From IMG/VR virus record IMGVR_UViG_3300005805_000156, positions 1 through 43,345 of that record: 43,345 nucleotides of DNA, one strand, 5' to 3'. Shown in pieces: positions 37,008 to 43,345 of this stretch. The position numbers were made by a program, and so were the translations under genes. The notes under the pieces were generated by a model. That model saw only the letters and a program-made list of their open reading frames with translations, was not told where the DNA came from and searched no databases. The stretch is from a virus (taxonomy: Duplodnaviria > Caudoviricetes). Numbering within the stretch: the first letter of the stretch is position 1; each line of letters starts with the position of its first letter.

Positions 37008-37084
37008 AGGGTCTCTCCATTCAATCTTGAGTCATTGGGATAACAGTAATTCTGGAACAGTAATTCTGTGCACGGGTAGCATGA

Positions 37085-37642
37085 TTATACCTGAGTTAGT
37101 GTGACACGCGCGCTAGGAGTTGCTGGCCGTACCGGATTTATCTGTGGGCCAGTTGCAAGTAAGCGCACATTTGTATCTAAACTCTGCCACATGATTTCTA
37201 CATAATCACCTGCTGCCAGTGCAAGTGAATACTGCCAACCTGCAAGCAACACCGCATTATTAAATACCAGACTCAGAGATGTATTTGAATCTGTTTCATC
37301 TATACCATTCCGGCGCAGCCAAATGTCCATGAGGTCTGTACCCGCATCGGTTTTATCAGCCTGAACAGTAAATTGCAAACTGTAGTTACCCGCTGCAGCT
37401 ACCGTGAGTTGCGTGCCGGCGACCAAGGAGACACCTTGCGAAAGTACAGTATTTGAAAATGAGACAGTATTGATAGCGCTCTGAACTGGATTTGTTTGAA
37501 TGGCAGTACTGTAGAAATAACCTATAGCTCCACCGGCGCCAGCGTTTGATGATAGCAGTCCGGCAGGAGTAATTGATAGATTTGATCCTACCTGTACGGT
37601 ACCAGGGCTAGAAACGGTTGCTAGTGGAAGACGGTATGCCAT
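37085..37642 (-). CDS. fibre protein with C1q/BclA-CTD-like beta-sandwich
   Basis: Starts MAY; ...TV..AGNY.LQF.VQ ... IWLR.NG ... L.AGDYVEI ... SARVTLTQV. Confidence 0.6.
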   Translation of the reverse strand: MAYRLPLATVSSPGTVQVGSNLSITPAGLLSSNAGAGGAIGYFYSTAIQTNPVQSAINTVSFSNTVLSQGVSLVAGTQLTVAAAGNYSLQFTVQADKTDAGTDLMDIWLRRNGIDETDSNTSLSLVFNNAVLLAGWQYSLALAAGDYVEIMWQSLDTNVRLLATGPQINPVRPATPSARVTLTQV

Positions 37643-37655
37643 GATAGTATCCCTA

Positions 37656-38327
37656 TTAAATTATGCTCCACTGTATTCCATTGAATACAAAGGTTAGACT
37701 ACCATATGATGAATTGATTGTTGCTATAGGAGAACCGTCAATTAGCGCAACATCTGTTACGGTGATGGGGTTTATGTTGGCAGCCCCAAAAATATCCTTC
37801 ACTATGTATATCGTACCAACTGGAGCCAGTGGTAGTGATACTTGACTTGGGCCAGCAACGCTTACTCCCAAAAAATAATCTGTAGGCTGTGCTAGATATG
37901 GAGTCGTATTAACAATTGTAACGGGAACTATTAACCCGCCAGTAGGACCGGTAGGGCCAGTAGGACCGGTAGGGCCAGTAGGACCGGTAGGGCCAATATC
38001 TCCTTGAGGACCGGTGGGACCTGTTGGACCAATATCTCCTTGAGGACCGGTGGGACCTGTTGGACCAGTTGGACCCCCACTTGGCCCAGTTGGCCCAGTT
38101 GGACCAGTTGGACCAATCTCTCCTTGAGGACCCGTTGGACCCGTGGGACCAATCCCACCGCCACCAATGTCAATAGAAAAAACATCGGATGCATTATTAT
38201 TCAATGCTGCAGTGGCAAGTGCTAGAACTTCATCCACACTCCTGCCATTTAATTTGCCGAAATATTTTTTAAATGCTATTGCAGCATTAATATCTCTTAA
38301 TTGTTTATTAAGACTGCCGTTGTTCAT
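37656..38327 (-). CDS. collagen-like protein (GPT repeats) with shared C-terminal module
   Basis: 23 Gly-X-Y triplets, mostly GPT; C-terminal module paralogous to its neighbours. Confidence 0.85.
   Translation of the reverse strand: MNNGSLNKQLRDINAAIAFKKYFGKLNGRSVDEVLALATAALNNNASDVFSIDIGGGGIGPTGPTGPQGEIGPTGPTGPTGPSGGPTGPTGPTGPQGDIGPTGPTGPQGDIGPTGPTGPTGPTGPTGPTGGLIVPVTIVNTTPYLAQPTDYFLGVSVAGPSQVSLPLAPVGTIYIVKDIFGAANINPITVTDVALIDGSPIATINSSYGSLTFVFNGIQWSII
37941..38150 (-). repeat. collagen Gly-X-Y coding repeat
   Basis: 8 triplets, one extra Gly, then 15 triplets ([15 protein letters not shown]). Confidence 0.95.
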
Positions 38328-38329
38328 GA

Positions 38330-38536
38330 TCAAATTGCCGTTTGATTGATGAACTGTGAGGTACCAGACATGGTACCGGTGTTCGTTATGTCTTGCGCTG
38401 CAGTCTGTATTTGGCTGTCAACTATGGCTGGTGTGTAGCACCAGTATGGGTTAGTGCACATACCCCTGCCAGGAACGTACCATGGCATGCTGTATCTTGT
38501 ATAAAATCCGTATGGAGAATAATAAATGCTATGCAT
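38330..38536 (-). CDS. small Tyr/Pro-rich protein with NTGTM tail
   Basis: Aromatic-rich N-terminus; the C-terminus resembles those of the 39348 and 39961 proteins. Confidence 0.65.
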   Translation of the reverse strand: MHSIYYSPYGFYTRYSMPWYVPGRGMCTNPYWCYTPAIVDSQIQTAAQDITNTGTMSGTSQFINQTAI

Positions 38537-39122
38537 GTTCGGCTCCTATGTTGAACGTGTCTGGGCATCTGGCAACTATTCCACTTGAAAAAATATCTGC
38601 CAGCTTGGTTGTTTCTTCACGCACGGACATCATGTAGGATGCTTCCATTTCCCATTCTTCAGCCACTCTGGCCATAAAGATATTCAGCCAAAGATTGAAT
38701 ATCTTTACAAGGATTGGATTTACTATTTCATTCTTCCAATAAACAGGATTCACAGATTCCATAAATGACGTCAGAGAATTTATCATATGTAGATCTGATT
38801 GAGATACACCTATTATGCTCTCTCCCTGTTGTAATGATTCTATTTTTGATGCTAAAAGAGATGTAAATGATCTTAAAAATGAATAAAACTTGGTTGCACA
38901 AATGGCATCATAGTGCAACGCTACAATAGAGCAAATATCGTATATGCGCTGTAAAACCCACTCACCCAAATGCACCACATCTGGAAGTGATCCTAGAGCT
39001 GACACTGTATAAGACCTAAATGACTCAAAGAATTTCATGAATGAGTCAGCACACTCTTTGCTAAATGATTCTATGGTGCGTGTATGTGTTGATGCTAGTG
39101 CGATCTGTGTGGTCTTATGCAT
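38529..39122 (-). CDS. alpha-helical hypothetical protein resembling a Firmicutes family
   Basis: LPD ... Y....A.KF...L ... NP.YW ... ARV...W ... LAD.FS.GIV...PD.F; AAGGA RBS. Confidence 0.6.
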   Translation of the reverse strand: MHKTTQIALASTHTRTIESFSKECADSFMKFFESFRSYTVSALGSLPDVVHLGEWVLQRIYDICSIVALHYDAICATKFYSFLRSFTSLLASKIESLQQGESIIGVSQSDLHMINSLTSFMESVNPVYWKNEIVNPILVKIFNLWLNIFMARVAEEWEMEASYMMSVREETTKLADIFSSGIVARCPDTFNIGAEHA

Positions 39123-39182
39123 GATGTGTCCTTTAAAGTGATGGGAAGAGCCTCAATCCTCCCATCGCGTTAAATAAAAACT

Positions 39183-39329
39183 CTACCCTAGGAACCCATA
39201 CGGATAGTAGCTGCGCGGATATCTCAAAAACGGAGAATAGTAGACATCATAGCGCGCGTACCTTGGATAGCATGGATAGCATGAGTAGCCATTCCAGTAT
39301 GGGTAAGGTGGTGGGTAATACCTTATCAT
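39183..39329 (-). CDS. 48-aa Tyr/Pro-rich peptide (not in ORF track)
   Basis: MIRYYPPPYPYWNGYSCYPCYPRYARYDVYYSPFLRYPRSYYPYGFLG; AGGAG lies 11 nt upstream. Confidence 0.65.
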   Translation of the reverse strand: MIRYYPPPYPYWNGYSCYPCYPRYARYDVYYSPFLRYPRSYYPYGFLG

Positions 39330-39347
39330 AAATGACTGCGCTCCTGG

Positions 39348-39941
39348 TTAGGCAATATTAGTGGGATTAGCTGTCTGAGTGGTATCAGTTGCAATTCCGG
39401 TATTAACAAAACCTTGACCAGCGCTCTGGAGTTGGCTGCCTAGAGCTGCGATCTGGCTGCTTACGCCTACGGCTTGAAAGGCACCATTTAGGCCATCAAA
39501 ATCACGATCCCAACCACGGAAACCTTCACGTAGAGCGATAACCTCTGTTGCACGGTCTGTCAATTCACGGTTAAGATTCTCACGATCAATAGAACCAATG
39601 ATTGCGTTGGTCGCTGAACCCTCATTCATGATGACCTCAGCAGTATGAGCTGCTGATAGCTGTATCGCAGATTTAAGACGCTCAGCAGCCAGCATGCTCT
39701 GGGTGTTGGCATCATTTACGGTTTGCTTGAGAGCATCCAATTGGGCTGCGGTGTGAAATGCGGTCTGCATAGCACGGTTGTTAATGTCATTTGTTTGAGC
39801 AACTTGAAGTTTGTAGTTCTCAAAGATACTGTCAGACACCTTTGTTTCAATTTCACCCATCTTGGTGTATAACTGAAACATTGGATCAGTTGTAAAACTG
39901 CCGACGGGGATAGTGGGTACCCCTTCCATTCCATTTGCCAT
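39348..39941 (-). CDS. coiled-coil protein, paralog 2
   Basis: AGGAGG RBS; highly similar to 39961-40503. Confidence 0.8.
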   Translation of the reverse strand: MANGMEGVPTIPVGSFTTDPMFQLYTKMGEIETKVSDSIFENYKLQVAQTNDINNRAMQTAFHTAAQLDALKQTVNDANTQSMLAAERLKSAIQLSAAHTAEVIMNEGSATNAIIGSIDRENLNRELTDRATEVIALREGFRGWDRDFDGLNGAFQAVGVSSQIAALGSQLQSAGQGFVNTGIATDTTQTANPTNIA

Positions 39942-39960
39942 TTTTATTTCCTCCTAGGTA

Positions 39961-40503
39961 TTAACCGATGTTGGTTGGGTTAGAAGTTTGGGTTGTGCCT
40001 GTCATGGTACCAGTGTTTACGACACCTTGACGAACACTCTGAAGTTGGCTTCCTAGAGCGGCAATCTGATTGCTTACTGATGCAGCCTGATAGGCTCCAT
40101 TTAGGCGGCCCCAGTCACGTTCCCAACCACGGAAACCTTCACGTAGAGCGATAACCTCTGTTGCACGATCTGTTAGTTGACGATTTAGATTCTCACGATC
40201 AATAGAGCCAATCAATGCACGAGTAGCACCACCTTCTGCCATGGCTACCTCATTGGTATGAGCAGCGGCAAGTTGAACGGCGCTGTTGAGTCTCTCAAAT
40301 GCTAGCATGTTCTGGGTGTTGGCATCATTTACAGCTTGCTTGATTCCAGCAAGAGTGGCATCGGTGTGAAATGCAGTTTGCATTGCGCGGTTATTGATGT
40401 CATTTGTCTGAGCTACTGAAAGTTTGTAGTTCTCAAAGACGCTATTTGAAACTTTCGTTTCGATTTCGCCTAATTTAGTATAGACTTGAAATAGTGGATC
40501 CAT
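39961..40503 (-). CDS. coiled-coil protein, paralog 1
   Basis: AGGAGG RBS; first gene after the late promoter. Confidence 0.8.
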   Translation of the reverse strand: MDPLFQVYTKLGEIETKVSNSVFENYKLSVAQTNDINNRAMQTAFHTDATLAGIKQAVNDANTQNMLAFERLNSAVQLAAAHTNEVAMAEGGATRALIGSIDRENLNRQLTDRATEVIALREGFRGWERDWGRLNGAYQAASVSNQIAALGSQLQSVRQGVVNTGTMTGTTQTSNPTNIG

Positions 40504-40558
40504 ATTTTTCCTCCTAAATTAATTTATTTTGATAATGAAGATATTGCATTATCAAATA

Positions 40559-40566
40559 TATTTATA
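40559..40566 (-). promoter_or_regulatory. T4-type late promoter TATAAATA
   Basis: Exact consensus on the minus strand, heading the 34888-40503 operon. Confidence 0.7.
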
Positions 40567-40785
40567 TAATATCCCCGGTTTTTATGAAAAAACTTAATCA
40601 GTTCTAAAGATTTACAGAGCGTGGTATAATTGTCATACAGCAGCTTCATAATCAAAAATTCTGATTGATATTCTAAAAATCAACTGCATAAATAGTTTAA
40701 GATTTTCAAAAGGAAGTAGCTAGTTAAGTATATGCGTGATAAATCCTTAAGGAAACTCTGTAGCTTTGAAGAAAGGTGGTAGTTC

Positions 40786-41055
40786 ATGCACTCTCTTGAA
40801 GAACTAATTAAACAGCGTGAAGAATTAGAATTAAAAATAAAGAACACTCGTGACTTAGAGAGATCACGCGCCATCGATGATATAAAACGTCAAGTCAAGC
40901 TGTATGCAATAAGTCCATATGATATTTTCTCTGATATTTCGGTGAAAGTTGAAGCAAAATACAAGAATCCTCTGACAGGTGAGACATGGTCTGGAAGAGG
41001 AAAGACTCCAAAGTGGTTGGAAGGTAAGAACAGATCTGATTTTGAGATCAAGTAA
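40786..41055 (+). CDS. hns: H-NS family nucleoid-associated protein (short, Bv3F-like)
   Basis: N-terminal coiled coil plus KY.NP.TGETWSGRG..PKW. Confidence 0.92.
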   Translation: MHSLEELIKQREELELKIKNTRDLERSRAIDDIKRQVKLYAISPYDIFSDISVKVEAKYKNPLTGETWSGRGKTPKWLEGKNRSDFEIK

Positions 41056-41191
41056 GAGTGTTAAATTTTTAACACTCCGTCACCTATGACGTGTGTACTT
41101 TCTCCAGGACACAGGCTATAATCTTATTAACGGTTAGATAAACAAAGACTGATTGTCTAATCAAATTTAGCGCAACTATTTGGAGATTATC

Positions 41192-41650
41192 ATGCTGCAG
41201 AAAATCGCTTCTATCATGGGTATCGAAAATGCTCAAAACGCCGGCGCTGCAATGGACCACCTCAACCGAGTGGCTTCCAAGATTCCAGCAGGAGTAGATG
41301 GCGACGATCCAGCATTTTCCACTTTAGTGGAACAGGCTATCTCTGAAGTTGAACAAGAGAGCAAGGCCGTCTTCGCTGTGGTGGTTTCAACTGTAACAGC
41401 TGAACCCGTCAAACCTACTCTCAAGATTAAATCTTCCCCCAAAGGTAGCCGTATCAAGGTAGCTGCTGTTAATGGAGTTCGCTTCTCATTTGGTCCTATC
41501 TGGAATGAGAGCGTGAAGAAGGCCAAGGGTATTGCTGTGGCTCCGGCTAATCGGACAAAATTGAATCACCAGGCTAGCATGTTGGGGATTGATGAACCTG
41601 AGTCCCTGGAACCATCTCAGCTGTGCGCTCAAATTAGCACACGTCTGTGA
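41192..41650 (+). CDS. hypothetical protein
   Basis: GGAG RBS; promoter with GTGTAC and TATAAT (41117-41122). Confidence 0.65.
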   Translation: MLQKIASIMGIENAQNAGAAMDHLNRVASKIPAGVDGDDPAFSTLVEQAISEVEQESKAVFAVVVSTVTAEPVKPTLKIKSSPKGSRIKVAAVNGVRFSFGPIWNESVKKAKGIAVAPANRTKLNHQASMLGIDEPESLEPSQLCAQISTRL

Positions 41651-41706
41651 ATTTTCAAATCAAACGAGATTCAATCATGCCAATCGCTACCAAGATTCTG
41701 TGCACC

Positions 41707-41895
41707 ATGAAAAAATCCATGATCTTAGCAATTGTGGCCCCCATGCTTTTTTCTGGCTGTGCCACACACAGCCATGGCCGAGGTGGCTACGACAGCACTG
41801 GAGTCTGTGTAACAGGTGGCTATTCTCTGTATGGATGTTCAGGGTCATCTATGCAGCTGGAATATACTATAAGAATCAACAAACGTCTAAACTAA
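41707..41895 (+). CDS. small lipoprotein
   Basis: MKKSMILAIVAPMLFSG-C lipobox. Confidence 0.55.
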   Translation: MKKSMILAIVAPMLFSGCATHSHGRGGYDSTGVCVTGGYSLYGCSGSSMQLEYTIRINKRLN

Positions 41896-41994
41896 AATTA
41901 AGTCTCATGCGAGAGAAGATGAGATTGCATAGTGACCACCAGCGGAGTGGTCAGAGATAGCGGTAGAAATGTAGCAATTGCAGAGGGCAGTATT

Positions 41995-42357
41995 ATGTAC
42001 GAATTAATTTTTATTACCTCAGTGTGCATGAGGAATGAGGATGAAGAGTCGTGCGAACAACAGCGGATCTCTGAATATCACGCGTCCATCTCGGGCTGTC
42101 TGGATAAGGCGCATGAGCTATGGTCGGAGACCCTCTCACGGGGAGGAAGATTAACCTACTCTGGCTGTCAAAAGGCTAATGGAGCTGCTACAAGCACGAC
42201 TGATCTCTATAATTTCAAGCACAAAGACTATTCTTTTAGATTAAACAGAATTGACATAGCAAACTTTGAAACATCCCTCTTAGGCAATCCCGCAAGTGCT
42301 AAGCTTCAACTGCGACCTGGTCGAACAACCCGAATACTGCTCACAATCAAATTCTAA
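41995..42357 (+). CDS. hypothetical protein
   Basis: GAGG RBS; four Cys residues. Confidence 0.55.
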   Translation: MYELIFITSVCMRNEDEESCEQQRISEYHASISGCLDKAHELWSETLSRGGRLTYSGCQKANGAATSTTDLYNFKHKDYSFRLNRIDIANFETSLLGNPASAKLQLRPGRTTRILLTIKF

Positions 42358-42358
42358 A

Positions 42359-42877
42359 ATGTCCAAGATTTTCTTTACCTCAGATCTTCATTTCTCACAC
42401 GCAAACATTATCAAGTACTGTGGGCGTCCATGGTCTACAGTAGATGAGATGGATCTGGCTCTTGTAGAGAGATGGAATAGTGCTGTATCGGATGAGGATG
42501 ATATCTACATTCTTGGTGATGTATTCCTGTGCCCTGCTGTAAGGGCACATCTCATACTTGACGCGCTAAATGGGCGCAAGCATCTTGTACTGGGAAATCA
42601 TGATAAGACCATCTCTGGTTCAATGGAGATGCGCCGCCGTTTCAATATACTCCCACCACTCTACTCAACAACACTTGACGGTATCAAGGTGGTCATGTGC
42701 CACTTTCCACTATTAAGCTGGGAAGCGCAGTACTATGGATCAGTGATGCTGCACGGGCACGCTCATGGTAAGATCCCGCATGACCCAGCAATCCGACGAC
42801 TAGATGTGGGAGTAGATGCGCACGGCTATGCTCCTGTAGAATGGACACAGGTCAAGCAGGTGCTGAGCATTCAATAG
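42359..42877 (+). CDS. calcineurin-like metallophosphoesterase
   Basis: SDLHF.H, LGD, GNHD, HFP, HGH.HG, DVGVD. Confidence 0.92.
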   Translation: MSKIFFTSDLHFSHANIIKYCGRPWSTVDEMDLALVERWNSAVSDEDDIYILGDVFLCPAVRAHLILDALNGRKHLVLGNHDKTISGSMEMRRRFNILPPLYSTTLDGIKVVMCHFPLLSWEAQYYGSVMLHGHAHGKIPHDPAIRRLDVGVDAHGYAPVEWTQVKQVLSIQ

Positions 42878-42943
42878 TAAAGAGCGATGACTCACTAGAT
42901 CACTAAATAACATTACCATATACTCAAAATAGGAGAGTGCTAG

Positions 42944-43159
42944 ATGGGTCAGTCACGCATGAGCTCTTTTTTAGAAGCACTCGCAAATGTTACCATATCT
43001 TACATGGTTTCATTTAGTCTGCAACTCTTTATATTCCCACTGTTTGGGGTGCTGGTTCCAATTGAAGCAAACATGATACTCTCGGCACTTATAACTGGAA
43101 TTGCAACAATTAGAATCTATCTCCTCAGGAGACTGTTCAACTACCTAGCGCATCGCTAG
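42944..43159 (+). CDS. small two-TM phage membrane protein
   Basis: QSR..S..E...N....Y......Q..IFPLFG ... R.Y..RR.FN, a pattern I recognise from phage proteins; AGGAG RBS. Confidence 0.7.
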   Translation: MGQSRMSSFLEALANVTISYMVSFSLQLFIFPLFGVLVPIEANMILSALITGIATIRIYLLRRLFNYLAHR

Positions 43160-43225
43160 TGCCGCACCTACACTATACATTCTAGGATACCGGTCAGACT
43201 AGAAATGGCATTCTTTAGCATATCT

Positions 43226-43345
43226 TCATTCTATTTTACTTTCTGCTGCAAGAGCATGGTGTATTTCCCAATACTCATCTGGAAAGTATTCTACTTCTAA
43301 AAATTTGGATGGAACTGCACCCGGAACCACTATTTGTTCCTCATC
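43226..43345 (-). CDS. 3' end of a gene entering from the right edge
   Basis: Open frame DEEQIVVPGAVPSKFLEVEYFPDEYWEIHHALAAESKIE*. Confidence 0.4.
   Translation of the reverse strand, partial: DEEQIVVPGAVPSKFLEVEYFPDEYWEIHHALAAESKIE

Noticed and set aside
12381-40503. Spore-forming Firmicute host or chromosome, suggested by spoVR/prkA and coat-like proteins
   Set aside because: The window has a phage gene layout and T4-type promoters. H-NS, the IbpA-type Hsp20 and the YeaG-type PrkA point to a proteobacterial host.
40528-40556. Fur-box-like inverted repeat TTTGATAATG-N9-CATTATCAAA
   Set aside because: The Fur consensus has 5 nt between GATAATG and CATTATC, not 9. It is more simply a 5' hairpin of the late transcript.
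2350-41526. Many antisense or alternate-frame ORFs in the track (e.g. 4792-5037, 9462-9734, 30356-30763, 36673-37104)
   Set aside because: They lie within well-supported genes and mirror their repeats or codon bias, so they are shadow ORFs.
1-43345. Stop-codon reassignment as seen in some jumbo phages
   Set aside because: Recognisable genes are full length in the standard code and end in TAA, TAG or TGA.

Overview
This window looks like part of a large T4-like (jumbo) myophage genome. It is gene-dense and carries T4-type late promoters (nATAAATA), sigma70-like early promoters, tail or fibre genes and many nucleotide-metabolism genes. I found no rRNA, tRNA, CRISPR array or integrase. The H-NS and HNH genes resemble betaproteobacterial types, which is a weak hint at the host. 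Four modules stand out. (1) A cytosine-hypermodification cluster at about 18.4-27.5 kb encodes a T4 gp42-like dCMP hydroxymethylase, a dNMP kinase and a T4-like DNA beta-glycosyltransferase. These are followed by an unusual CofD/YvcK-HAD fusion, an NTP-sugar nucleotidyltransferase, a guanylate-kinase-like gene and a MazG-like NTP pyrophosphatase. The phage may therefore make its own non-standard donor for a new DNA base modification; this is the best candidate for an undescribed system. (2) A complete PrkA(YeaG)-YeaH-SpoVR operon. (3) A 10-gene minus-strand late operon of collagen-like, Tyr/Pro-rich and paralogous fibre proteins with a spore-coat-like composition. (4) Several proteins with T4 internal-protein-like N-termini, including two Pol-beta-superfamily nucleotidyltransferases. 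Regulatory signals include a ROSE-like leader on hsp20 and CRP-like boxes upstream of early promoters. All family calls come from motif recognition by eye, not from database searches.
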